A DNA stretch of 63,160 bases, filler included, from Globobulimina sp. (lineage: Eukaryota), in assembly GCA_003354225.1 (NCBI GenBank). It is 52 parts of 52 records of this genome, joined end to end, with 100 filler letters (N's around TTAATTAATTAA, not from the genome) between each part and the next. Parts side by side here need not be neighbours in the genome. Positions count along the whole stretch, not along the records: positions 10,954 to 12,070 come from PIVH01023059.1; positions 12,171 to 13,287 come from PIVH01023060.1; positions 13,388 to 14,504 come from PIVH01023061.1; positions 14,605 to 15,721 come from PIVH01023062.1; positions 15,822 to 16,938 come from PIVH01023063.1; positions 17,039 to 18,155 come from PIVH01023064.1; positions 18,256 to 19,372 come from PIVH01023065.1; positions 19,473 to 20,589 come from PIVH01023066.1; 44 more parts are not named here. One strand, written 5' to 3'. Below, one piece after another: positions 11,521 to 23,282 of the stretch. Below the pieces are notes generated by a model that was not told where the DNA came from, made no database searches, and saw only the letters and a list, made by a program, of their open reading frames with translations. The position numbers and the translations under genes are program-made. Positions within the stretch are counted from its first letter, which is position 1; every line of letters starts with the position of its first letter.

Positions 11521-13387
11521 TTCCATCCAAATGTGACAAATTGATATCATTTAATTTGGTTTATGGATGTTACAATTTATGTTTTTTGTAAAATAAGATG
11601 AACAATGATGTTACATAAATATTCATTCATTGATGCGATGTAATGATATCGATTTAATTTGAATGGAATTAATCAATTTAATTTGCATTTTGCTGATAAA
11701 TAAATGTTTTGTTGTTTGATGAATTTACAGATGGGATTAATGAGTTGCATGCTTGTATTGATCTGGCGTAAATATTGTGTATATAATGTCTCATGTACTT
11801 TTTTGTGTGTTTCTCTCATTCACACTGTGTTTCTTGATGTTGTTTTCTCTCTCTTTCAACTTTCAATGCAGCTCATTATTCAAAGTGCGTTATCGCTTCA
11901 AGTAATAGATTACTTTCCCTGTAGATTAACCGTCTAATTAAAATAAAATCCACCCTTATGCATACTCATACAAACCCATACAAACGCCAAATTATACGCG
12001 TTTAAAATAAAAAAAATCCAAACCAGTATACAAAATCTCAAAACCAATCCTTCCAAACCAATCTACAGGGNNNNNNNNNNNNNNNNNNNNNNNNNNNNNN
12101 NNNNNNNNNNNNNNTTAATTAATTAANNNNNNNNNNNNNNNNNNNNNNNNNNNNNNNNNNNNNNNNNNNNCTATTTTATGCACAATATACTCTTATTTTA
12201 TCGACAGAGACTGTATATTGGCCTCATCCATTGACAATGTGAGCGAATTGACACATAGAATGGGCGAAATAGAGTCATTTTTATACAGAGTGTACAGAGT
12301 GTGTATGTACTATGTATTCAAGCATTATCATACTATGTATGGTACCAACCTTATTATATATATACTGTATTGATATATTCAATATTTTTCTCACTGTTTC
12401 GCTATTATTTTGTATGATAAATGCGTGCAAAACACAGTCGCGACTCGACAATGTAGGACATAATAACCATTAGAAAGAGATTACAAAACACATGGAATTG
12501 CGCAGAAAATACAACAACTCACTTTTGGGTTATTTTGCTGGTAAAACATCAGGTATGCGGGAAATGTATGGTGGTAAGACATCAGGAAATAAATGGAATT
12601 CTGGGGGAAGAACATAAATTTGATGGCCTTTTGCATGCCAACACAAACAAATAAATGATGGCCTAGTGCATGGTCATCATTATAAATTAACAAATTTTGC
12701 ATATTGATAGTTTATTTTTGTTTGTTTTTTATGTGTTTTTATTATTGATCTGACAGTTAACAGTCAGATATTACTCACTATCCTTGCACAGTGCAACGTT
12801 AATCGCATAAACCCAAAACAAAAAGGCATAAAAAACAAAAAATAAACTATTGCAGAGGTGTTCGATAAGATCATTAAAAAAAGAAAAAACTTTTCAAACA
12901 GCGGGAAATTTTCAGTACATATCGGAAAGCCCTATTCAGTTTGAAAAGTCACACCTTATGACAAATGGATTATAAATGGATGGGAATGGTTTCATTGAAA
13001 TTGGTGGTGATGCACAACCCAAACACAAAACAAAAAATGCTATTAAAAATGAGAAATTGTGGCAATCCACAGCCACAACAGCAACACACCAAAAAAACTA
13101 AAAGAAAAAATGATTTGGTGGCAATCCACAGCCACAAGAAAACAAATGAGATTTTAATATAACGAGAGAGAGATTCCATTTGTGGCAATCAATAGCTACA
13201 AAAACAGCACGCATATATTGATTTAAATGGGAATTAATTGAAGCAACAATAACGTGCCAATACAGAGGCACAGCAACACCAAAAAAANNNNNNNNNNNNN
13301 NNNNNNNNNNNNNNNNNNNNNNNNNNNNNNNTTAATTAATTAANNNNNNNNNNNNNNNNNNNNNNNNNNNNNNNNNNNNNNNNNNNN

Positions 13388-14504
13388 TGTTGCACCCTAA
13401 GCACATCCAAGTTCAACCAGAAACCAGTTGACAACTAAAAATGATACAGTACACCACAAATCATTGCGAATTGCATCTTTTAATTGTGAAGGATTCAATG
13501 ATCAAAAACAATTGTATATAAAAGATCTACTAACAAGTGTTGATATAGTTTTGTTGCAAGAGTTCTGGCTGCTCCCTAGTACTCTTAACAAATTAACAAC
13601 TTTGTCTGATCAATTTCAATGTAGCGCAGTGTCAGGTGTTGATGACACCGAAATTTTACAGGGTCGACCATATGGAGGAGTTGCTGTACTGTGGCGCAAA
13701 CAACTGCAAGTTAATGTTAAGCCTATCCAGGCTGACAGCAAGCGGTTGAGCGCCATAATGTTGCGATTCTCTGGTTGTACCTTTTTAATCGCCTCGATTT
13801 ATATGCCATGTGATACGTACAATAGAAATATAGCTAGCGATTTATTTCAAAATGAAATCGACTTGCTTGATACACTAATCTTAAATTTAAATCCAGATCA
13901 TGTACTGATTGGGGGTGATTTTAATACTGATTTTGGTCGGATTACGGCACAAACGAATGTTTTGAAAACTTTCTGTCTCAGGTGGAAACTTAGAAATGTA
14001 TGGGATATGCCAGATTTTCTGGTTAAACCCACTTATGCATTCTCTGATACTGGACCTTTCTCCACAATCGATCACTTTCTACTGAGTGAAATGCTTTTCA
14101 AAACAATATCGAGCTCTAAAATCAGTGATAGTCCTGACACACCATCAAGACACTCAGTTATAAGGTGTTGTATTAAAATCGATATTGTGTCAAGTGCTGT
14201 AAAACCTAGAGTATTCAGACCTAAAGTTGCATGGCATAAAGCTAAACCAGCTCAAAAAACTGCGTACTGTATTCGTTTAACATACCTTTTGCAAAGTGCT
14301 AAGTTAAATGAAAGTACAGCAGCTTGCTTATCACTCAAATGTAAAGACAGCAATCATCGGAAACATATTGATGATTTTGCCAAACAATTAATTTCTGTAT
14401 GTACACAAGCTGAAAAGGAAACTATTCCTCAAACTAGACCTCCTAAAAGACAGGCGGTCGCGGGATGGAAAGAAATGGTCGAGCCTTTAAGACAGCAATC
14501 CCTT
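13388..14504 (+). mobile_element. Non-LTR retrotransposon ORF2, APE endonuclease domain (CR1/L2-like), partial
   Basis: IASFNCEG, DIVLLQEFWL, GRPYGGVAVLW, IYMPCD, IGGDFN, TIDHFL, SRH (for SDH), AGWKEMVEP. Confidence 0.92.
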
Positions 14505-14604
14505 NNNNNNNNNNNNNNNNNNNNNNNNNNNNNNNNNNNNNNNNNNNNTTAATTAATTAANNNNNNNNNNNNNNNNNNNNNNNNNNNNNNNNNNNNNNNN
14601 NNNN

Positions 14605-15611
14605 TGACTGTGCCGAGAAGTCAAACTCAAATGGTGGTGCAGCCTCCACCAGAGTCAAAAACGGTGGTTCAGCCTCCACCAGACTCAAATTCCGCGGTTC
14701 CGCATCCGCAAGGTTCACATATGGTGGTTCCTCCACCAGGGTCACAAACGGTGGTTTCCCCACCTGGGTTACTTCCGCAGTCCGCTACAGTAATCGATCA
14801 GGGTCCTCAATACCCATCCAATTTGGCGGTTACCATTCCGCAGATCGATTCAGATGTCACTTTTCCGCCTCCTATGTATACAGCGGCTAATTTACAACCA
14901 GTGACGTCGTTTGAACGAAATATCGGCTCAATATCCGATTACACTCCATGCGTGTTTTGCGGTCGTGATACTCAGGATTCTGCTGCATGTCGAAAAGTAC
15001 CTACTTCTGCAGAAAGAATGCACGTTTTGAAGTCCAAATCAATTTGTAAACGTTGTTTGCGGTTAGGTCATACAAAAAAGAACTGTCGATCAAAAATTCC
15101 GCCATGTTCTCATTGTGGGTTATCAAATCATTCAGTACCTACATGTCAAAAACGTATTAAGGCGAATGTACGTAATAATTCAAATAGAACACCATACACG
15201 CCTAAAATAGGTGCCCAGGGTAGGGGAGATACACCCTATCAACCAAGAACGGCCAATTCAAGCGGCAGGGGTCGTTCTAATTACAAACGTGGGGCGCGGG
15301 GCAATCCCTACCAACCACGTCCGCCCAATACATTCATACATGGTACAAGGGACTTACAGTACCAACCCAGACGACAAGGGATACACTCGGTTACCAATGA
15401 ATCAGTCAAAAATCCGAGTTTTTCCAAGATTTTCCAATTTGGGTATTTTCCAGCTAATATCCAAGGAGTATCCTATGTACCGCACCCAGGGGCGAACTTA
15501 GACGACAATAAACCACAAGCCACTCCTACTATCGACAATACAAGCATCAAACAGCTTGATTTTAGTGGTTTTGTGCCTGCTTTTGTGCCTATTGTTTCCT
15601 CTCAAAATTAG
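14605..15611 (+). mobile_element. BEL/Pao-type LTR retrotransposon gag C-terminal region
   Basis: Three Cys/His knuckles (CVFC..C; CKRCLRLGHTKKNC; CSHCGLSNH..C) with the ERxxxL linker; Pro-rich VVQPPP repeats upstream. Confidence 0.7.
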
Positions 15612-15821
15612 CCAACATTTTGCGAAAAACGGGGGCTAAAACGGCTTGCTATAAGGCACCCCTGTTTGCACAAATTCTCAACAACACTTTTCAAAAAACG
15701 GGGGCTAAACGGTTTTCTATANNNNNNNNNNNNNNNNNNNNNNNNNNNNNNNNNNNNNNNNNNNNTTAATTAATTAANNNNNNNNNNNNNNNNNNNNNNN
15801 NNNNNNNNNNNNNNNNNNNNN

Positions 15822-15954
15822 TGAAGGTGTTGCCGGCTTTGCAATGGCGGAAGGCATAAACCAACTCGGCTTCGGATTCGATGATGTGCACCGTGCTTTG
15901 GTCCCGCTCCTGTGCGTCGGTCATACTGGCCTTTTTCTCTTGCAATTGCGCCAT
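15822..15954 (-). CDS. Orphan protein, paralogue of 16272-16799 (3'-partial)
   Basis: MAQLQEKKASMT...SEAELVYAFRHCKAGNTF aligns with MAQLEQKKATRT...TKSELDYAVFHCKVGNIL. Confidence 0.7.
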
Positions 15955-16164
15955 TGGTGCGAAAATGCGCGGTGCGAAAATGCGGCGGAAGTGGAGTTGC
16001 AGGGATGCGGCGGAAGTGGATGTGGAGGGATGTGGCGGAGGCAAATGTGGAGGAGGCAAATGTGGAGGAATGCGCGGATGCTAATGCTAATGTGTGCGGG
16101 TGCGATTTTGCGTGGTTTGTGGAAGGTGAGAAGGGTAAAGGAGAAGGTTAGTTGGTTGAAGAGT

Positions 16165-16201
16165 TGGTTTTGCGGTTTTTTTTTGAAGTAAAAATATCAA
16201 A
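16165..16201 (-). promoter_or_regulatory. Conserved 37-bp upstream element, copy 2
   Basis: TTTGATATTTTTACTTCAAAAAAAAACCGCAAAACCA; 33/37 identical to 16901-16937. Confidence 0.55.
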
Positions 16202-16271
16202 AACTAGATATCAAAAACGTATTTAAATTTGCAAAGTCATCCAAAAAAAAAACAACAAAAAAAAAAGATGA

Positions 16272-16799
16272 TTAATCTTGAATCATATCTTCATCACCGA
16301 AGCAATCGTCGCTCAACACGAGCCATTTATTGCGCCATGCCTTGCGCTCTAAACCACGCTGTAAATATTGCCCATCATCCACAGTAATTTCCATTGCGAC
16401 GGTCAATTTATTGCCGCAGCATGCGCATAGCCAATTTTGGCGATATCCGAGGACACCTTTGATTTGCCACCGTAAATCGTCCTCCATATCAAAAAACCAC
16501 CGTTTGTCATCGGTATGGACGGACAAGCGGGCGTCCACCTCAAAAAACGTCTGGCAACGTAAATCGGGCCAGACAGTTTTAAACTCAATATAGGGACGAT
16601 CTACGACGACGACATGTAACTGCACGGTGCCACAGTTATCACGCATGAGCCGAAATAATTCGTTATCCACCTTCAATATGTTGCCGACTTTGCAATGGAA
16701 GACGGCATAATCCAACTCGGATTTGGTATGGATGCTGTACACCGCGCCATGCTCCTGTTTAGGAGTCCTGGTCGCTTTTTTCTGTTCCAATTGGGCCAT
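16272..16799 (-). CDS. Intronless orphan protein, 175 aa
   Basis: Complete ATG-to-TAA ORF with an adjacent paralogue; contains CACC. Confidence 0.75.
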   Translation of the reverse strand: MAQLEQKKATRTPKQEHGAVYSIHTKSELDYAVFHCKVGNILKVDNELFRLMRDNCGTVQLHVVVVDRPYIEFKTVWPDLRCQTFFEVDARLSVHTDDKRWFFDMEDDLRWQIKGVLGYRQNWLCACCGNKLTVAMEITVDDGQYLQRGLERKAWRNKWLVLSDDCFGDEDMIQD

Positions 16800-16900
16800 G
16801 GATGCGGATGCGGCGGATATGAAGTGCGTTTATGCGTAATTGGTCGCTATGTGGATATGATGGCTTGCGTATTTGGTCGAGGCTGTTGGCAGTGAGGTTG

Positions 16901-16937
16901 TGGTTTTGTGGTTTTTGTTTGAACTGAAAATATCAAA
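16901..16937 (-). promoter_or_regulatory. Conserved 37-bp upstream element, copy 1
   Basis: TTTGATATTTTCAGTTCAAACAAAAACCACAAAACCA upstream of the 175-aa gene. Confidence 0.55.
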
Positions 16938-17364
16938 TNNNNNNNNNNNNNNNNNNNNNNNNNNNNNNNNNNNNNNNNNNNNTTAATTAATTAANNNNNN
17001 NNNNNNNNNNNNNNNNNNNNNNNNNNNNNNNNNNNNNNCACAGGTGACAATACTAAATTCATGCATAAAATATCCATAAGCTCTAGCACAAAATAAACAC
17101 TATTCATTCCATATTTATTGAGTCGATAGTCGATAGACCATTATACCAGTGTTTTGAGTAGTAGTACTGTAACAGTCTTACTAAATGGTGGCTATCCATG
17201 CAAAATGTCAACAAACTAACTTTTCTCGTGACAACAAGTACACACAACACAAAACGAATAAAATGATATTGTATACATGCAAATAGGTATAACAATAAAG
17301 TAATATTATAACAATAGTAAATACCATTATTTTGATGATATCGATACTTTGCGAGTTGTAATTT

Positions 17365-17418
17365 ATCTTAGATTTTAGTCATTTTACTAGATTAATCTTA
17401 GATTTTAGTCATTTTACT
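17365..17418 (+). repeat. 24-bp direct repeat (period 30)
   Basis: ATCTTAGATTTTAGTCATTTTACT x2. Confidence 0.85.
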
Positions 17419-18419
17419 GATGTTATTTTAGGTCATCATTTATCGTTAACATCAACACATCAAGTTAAAGATGACTGCTAAAGTGATTGCAAAAACAATG
17501 TTTGCTGGTGCTGTTACTTAAGGTTTAGCATGTGGTGCAAATAAACTCAAAGGTTCCTATCCTTCCTATGTGTATCCAAGAGGTATCCAGATGTATCTCA
17601 GATGTATCTCGATACTTTGATAGAATACCGAAAATTAAATTATAAATTTGTTCTGATTTTGTTCTGGATTTGCAAACCCAAGACAAAGTTATAACAAACA
17701 CAGAGCAAACCCAAGACAAACCTATAGCAAACCGTTTCTGGATCTGAAAAGCGTTTCTCAGATAATTGAATAAAATGTATACAACTTATCGACCAGGGGG
17801 GGGTTATCTTTTGGAATATATCGTTAAACGATATAACAACTACTATATATTATTTTGTGACATTCTATTTCCATTTCTGTCTTCTTAGTATTTTACCCAT
17901 ATTCAGTAATATCGATGCTGGTAAAACAAATTTTTTCACGTCGATGAAACACGAGTATAGGTATTAGTTAAAGCAAGCAACTGAAGTAATAATGGATTTT
18001 ATAATCTTTTGGAATATATCGTTAAGTAGATTTAGAAAATTGTATATTAATATATTTTATTGTTTCATCGTAGTGTTGAAAGGTGGTGAAAACACCCATT
18101 TGACACGTGTATGTTATAACGAAATTAAAAACACGTAGCAGTGATCACGCGTCGTNNNNNNNNNNNNNNNNNNNNNNNNNNNNNNNNNNNNNNNNNNNNT
18201 TAATTAATTAANNNNNNNNNNNNNNNNNNNNNNNNNNNNNNNNNNNNNNNNNNNNAAAACGGTGCAATGTTTGGCAATTATGTTTTGTGTGATTCCGAAG
18301 GTTTACCGATTCCTAATAATGCAGAATACAATGGTAATGTAACTATTTTACTAATTACAGGTAGTACTTGCCAAAGAATAAACCACCAGAATCGTTGGGT
18401 AAGAAAGATGATTTTTCCC

Positions 18420-18690
18420 GAGCTACTATATTCAATCAATATTTATCTGAAATTGGATCAAAAACTTCATCCGATGTTTTGAATGGACAGACTCCAGTCA
18501 TTGAAGAGATTGTTGCCAATATACCACAAACTGGGTCTGTATTTTCCTTTCGACCAATTAATAAATCAGAACTTCATCATTTAATTTTGAAAATGCCAAA
18601 GTTCAAGTCTCCTGGTGGCGATGGAATAAATGGTTATGTAATTTTCCTTGCATTTCCTGTTATTTCTGATTTGTTACTTGACATATTTAT
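18420..18690 (+). pseudogene. Non-LTR retrotransposon ORF2 fragment (region just before RT), truncated
   Basis: FNQYLSEIG...FSFRPINKSEL...KSPGGDGI...ISDLLLDIF, after which similarity ends. Confidence 0.75.
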
Positions 18691-19273
18691 GTTAGCATTG
18701 ATATGTTTTATACTTGCATCACTTTTGAAGATGCGCATATCCCAATTTGCAAATTGTTCACGTTTCAATTTCTTGCACTTGACAGCTTTACGAATTCTTA
18801 AATCGATATACATTGGTAGAGCATCGTCAGTTGATTTTCTAGCAGTGCTCAACAATTTTCTATAATAAACTGTTGCCGTATAGAATGCATAATGTCCATT
18901 TAAGTAAAACAACAAAAATACTCAAAAAAGTGCTAATTTAAACATTTAACATTTTAGTCACTTATGATGAGAACGTTGACTGAAGAATAGTAGTTTCAGT
19001 ATCCAATTGTCTTTCTGCACTTTCGACGACAACGAAATATGATGAGTCACAAAAATGGAGATCGTTAAATACATCATTGTTTTGAAAAAAAACACGACTT
19101 CCAAACATCTCTTTCGAGTGAATTCTGCTAGGATCCAAGGACAATAAAGCTGCCAAATTCGTGGCAGTAACTGACTCTATTCCAATATCATGAACTTCCC
19201 CATTATAATCAATGTGAATGACTCGATTTCTTTCCAAAATAATTAAGTTGGCCAGGTTGTTTATTGTAATTAG

Positions 19274-19372
19274 GTAAACAACTCGTGTATTGCAATTGTG
19301 TATACAAGTCGTGTATTGCAATTGTGCAAACAACTCGTGTATTGCAATTGTGTAAACAACTCGTGTATTGCA
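19274..19372 (+). repeat. 26-bp minisatellite, about 3.8 copies, running off the contig
   Basis: Unit GTAAACAACTCGTGTATTGCAATTGT. Confidence 0.9.
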
Positions 19373-19756
19373 NNNNNNNNNNNNNNNNNNNNNNNNNNNN
19401 NNNNNNNNNNNNNNNNTTAATTAATTAANNNNNNNNNNNNNNNNNNNNNNNNNNNNNNNNNNNNNNNNNNNNTTGGCACAGTGTCAAGAGTTATTGGGCA
19501 TATGCAAAGGATGGGGGGATTAAATGTCTGCAAACATTCGAAGTTACAAAGGAATTCTTAATCATATATATTATGATAAAATGAACAAAAAAATCCATAT
19601 TATGGAAGAAAAAATAAGTGTTCTTTTTAATGATTAATCCCTTAATTTACCCTTGTTATCGCATCTTTGTTGTGATAATTTGAATAATTAATAACAAGCA
19701 ATCAATTATTAAAGGAAGGAACAAAAGGGAATTAATAAATTTCCCAAGAATTAAAT

Positions 19757-19945
19757 ATGTCAAATAAACCAATTATTAGAGATACGTTCGATTTTGATAT
19801 CGGACACCTGGTTAAAAGCCCCTGTAATGACTGTGATAAAAGAGAGAAATTTCCCAAATGTTTCAATGGGTGCGAACTTCTTGATTCTATTAGGGAAGTA
19901 CTTGCAAAGGGGGTTTCCTGCACATATTCTTCGTATGGATCGTAA
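19757..19945 (+). CDS. Small Cys-rich protein resembling Desulfobacterales hypothetical proteins
   Basis: FDFDIGHLVKSPCNDC...FPKC..GC..LD.I..VLAKGVSC; recalled similarity, not searched. Confidence 0.5.
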   Translation: MSNKPIIRDTFDFDIGHLVKSPCNDCDKREKFPKCFNGCELLDSIREVLAKGVSCTYSSYGS

Positions 19946-19957
19946 TTTTTTAAATAG

Positions 19958-20589
19958 TTTGTATGGCAGGCACTAAAAATTGTAAACAATCACAATTTCT
20001 GCATATTGATGGTCAGTTCGTTTTTCATGATGTGTGCAGCAGCAATGCAAGCCACAGGATTCATTGTATCTGTTTTTAGCATGGTGTTGACAATTGGTTC
20101 TATAGTACATTGGATTGCAACTTGTTATTCCATATCAAAACGTTGCCATCACGATGGTTTTTGCGGTGCAGCACATTTTGGTTTCGATTTTATTCTATCC
20201 GGAACTGCAACAATTATCGGTCTTGACGCAGTGTCATCAATTCTTGACAATAAAAGATGGCGAGTCGCATTTTATTCATTCATTTTATTTTTCAGTCACA
20301 TATTGATGGTGCCATATTTTTATCGATCACCAAATAAATGGGACACAGCAATGAAAACATATCATGCGACAATTTTGTCAATGGCTATAATATCGGGTTT
20401 ATTGTTTTTTGTAATTGGATGCTTTGGCTCATTGAACAATGGCTGGTTTAATGTAATGCTGTCAAGTGCGCTTTCATTGGGTAGTCTGGCAATGGCCATC
20501 AGCGGTTGCTACAACGTAACAAATCAAAAACATTTATCCAGTGTGGGTCAAGGGTTTTTTATTTGTCATTTATTATTATGTTGGGCTGT
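19958..20589 (+). CDS. Multi-pass membrane protein (partial, probably eukaryotic)
   Basis: Frame opens after TTTAAATAG (possible splice acceptor); about 6 hydrophobic segments. Confidence 0.55.
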
Positions 20590-20689
20590 NNNNNNNNNNN
20601 NNNNNNNNNNNNNNNNNNNNNNNNNNNNNNNNNTTAATTAATTAANNNNNNNNNNNNNNNNNNNNNNNNNNNNNNNNNNNNNNNNNNNN

Positions 20690-21236
20690 GTCATACATTA
20701 TGATCATTTGTATGATTCTTCCTCTTATAGGAGTTACCACTGTATTTAAAGGCATTGGACGAGGAACCGCTACCTTCAATTTGATTTTTGGGAGGATAGC
20801 TTTAAAAAACAGCATTTTTTGGGTTTGTTTTTCTGTTTTATCTGTATATATTATCGTGGCCGAGGCTGATTGGAAAACGCAGAGCATCAAGGCCTACGTT
20901 GGTGAATTTATACGTTGGGATGATTTAGTTGAAGAGATTTGGGATGATGAGGACGAATATGATTCGGATAGTACCGAGGGCTCAGATGTCCCGAGTGAAC
21001 AGGAGGAGAGAGGTGGCGATGAAACCGATGAAGAATTTACGATGATTGATGCTAATCAATGGTTAAATTCTGATGACGATGACGATGGTCACTATAGTGA
21101 CGATGGCGATGGTATGGAGTCGTGCGACGTCTATGTATTTTTGCGTTGTATTATTGGCATTTTATTGCCCTATAACGTAAAAATTGATAAAATTCTCGCA
21201 ATTTCGGGAGAAAAAAAACGGTCGAAAATTCGGTAA
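20690..21236 (+). CDS. Membrane protein fragment with acidic tail
   Basis: Hydrophobic N-terminal part followed by a D/E-rich stretch. Confidence 0.4.
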
Positions 21237-21264
21237 TTGGCCTCGAACGTGGCGAAATCATCGA

Positions 21265-21552
21265 AATTAGATCAAGCATCTGATGGGATTACGATCGGTT
21301 GGTATTAATACAGGTTGGTACATAACCATTTTATATTTCATTAAGAATTCGGGCCAATAGGTAGATATTTTGTTTTGTCTCTATAATATCCGAGCTCAAA
21401 ATAGTAATTATGTTATACAACTTAAGTTTAGTTATTGATGATGTACTTTTTTGATGCATATAAATGAAATATTGATTTATGTTCAATAAGGTTATGTACC
21501 AACCAGTATTAATACCAACCGATCGTAATCCCATCAGATGCTTGATCTAATT
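21265..21552. mobile_element. MITE-like element, 288 bp, with 63-bp terminal inverted repeats
   Basis: 21265-21327 is the reverse complement of 21490-21552 with 1 mismatch; AT-rich non-coding core. Confidence 0.8.
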
Positions 21553-22112
21553 ATATTTAATGGTAACATGAATCTATGAACAGAGTTAATGTTTTTTAAT
21601 ATATCTATGAACAGAAGAGACGCAAGCATATAGCGACGATTGTGAGGTTAATAATACAAAAATAGTGACTTGTGGGTGATCGCCATGCTCGCTAACTATT
21701 AATTTACAGATAGTAGTAGTGGGGCAAAATTCAATCAGGACGTAGGTCTGATTCCAGGCTCACGGATTGCTGGAACATCCCCGCGAGATTGTAAAGGGAT
21801 CCATCGNNNNNNNNNNNNNNNNNNNNNNNNNNNNNNNNNNNNNNNNNNNNTTAATTAATTAANNNNNNNNNNNNNNNNNNNNNNNNNNNNNNNNNNNNNN
21901 NNNNNNGTTTTCGTGGCATAATTGCTTTTTTGTTTGTAGAATATTTATTTTTTTATGCATGCATGAATACTTAAAAAACGTAACGAGAGAAAATGTCACT
22001 CGCCCTTCGAGGGCGAGCAGAGAAGCAACTTTTCTTCAAATGTCGAGTACCAAAAAAGTCGAGCTTGGTTAAATCATGACTCGGGTGATAGTAGTGAGTA
22101 GTATTAAGTACA

Positions 22113-22463
22113 GTGAAATATGGTCGAATTATATTACCACAATATTTGATTGCAATTATCAGAGATTTTTGCAAGATGAGAGGTTTCAAATTGGACTTTT
22201 CATTGTTAATGGATCGGAAAATAAGACGACCATTGCGGCAAAAACATAATTTGGAAGAGATACTTAGTGAGAAAATAAATGGATTAATGAATAAATTACA
22301 AATAAATACAAAGGGAGATTATGAACCGTTTGTAATAAAAAAGGACGATAAAAATGATCATCCTTTGTTACAACAGTTATTTCAGACATTTATTCAAACA
22401 CCAAATGTGAATTTGCATTTTACTACAATTGATTGTAAATTGCTGTTTTCTATTAATCCGTAA
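22113..22463 (+). CDS. Hypothetical protein fragment
   Basis: ORF only. Confidence 0.3.
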   Translation: MKYGRIILPQYLIAIIRDFCKMRGFKLDFSLLMDRKIRRPLRQKHNLEEILSEKINGLMNKLQINTKGDYEPFVIKKDDKNDHPLLQQLFQTFIQTPNVNLHFTTIDCKLLFSINP

Positions 22464-22605
22464 ATAAACATTAACAGTTTTTGGTTCTTATGCAAAATTA
22501 AACGAAAGCTAGCCGGTACAGAGCAGAGCAGAGCAAAACGTCAATTGGATGGCAAGACATACAAGAAATGAATTTGCAGATTAAATAATTTTGTGTAAAC
22601 AGAAA

Positions 22606-23023
22606 TCAGTCGTCATAATAATAACTGTCAACACTCGGTGTTTTTAACAAAACGGAATCATATTGTTCTTCATTATTGTCATCATCATCGAAGTCATTGT
22701 ATTTATATTCATCATTCTGTTTTACTTTCAAATAATTATTAAAATCATTATTCTTAAATGTTTTTAATGATTGATTGGATAAACGAATATATGATTGAGA
22801 TGATGATAATTTATTGAATGCATTATTACCACTTTTAATGAGTGCAGATTGTCTCAACGCTGATAATGATTTTGTTATTATTTTTGATTTATATTTCATT
22901 GTTTTAACATAGACTTTCCATTCACTAAATATTTTCGATAACACATAATTCTGATGATATTTGCCAGAAATCTCAATATCTCGCTTTTCATTTACTTGAT
23001 TATGAAATGAAAATAACCAAAAT
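22606..23023 (-). CDS. Hypothetical protein, C-terminal fragment
   Basis: Open frame running to the contig edge. Confidence 0.35.
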
Positions 23024-23282
23024 NNNNNNNNNNNNNNNNNNNNNNNNNNNNNNNNNNNNNNNNNNNNTTAATTAATTAANNNNNNNNNNNNNNNNNNNNN
23101 NNNNNNNNNNNNNNNNNNNNNNNCCACTAACTGATTAATTAATGTTTCCTTCATTTTAACGGCTAATATTTCATTCATCCTTCGTACACCGCACATTTTT
23201 TTTTTTAAATCCAGCAAATCTCTTAAATTTTCATCGCCTCTTTGGTTGAATCGGCGAATTCTTTTTTGCCATTCAGCTTCTT

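Noticed and set aside
12965-13287. Short ORFs and GGCAATCCACAGCCACAA repeats
   Set aside because: Low-complexity local duplication with no support for function
15844-16191. Plus-strand ORFs over the orphan gene pair
   Set aside because: Shadow frames of the minus-strand gene and its repetitive leader
19274-19372. 26-bp repeats as a CRISPR array
   Set aside because: Head-to-tail units with no spacers and no cas genes
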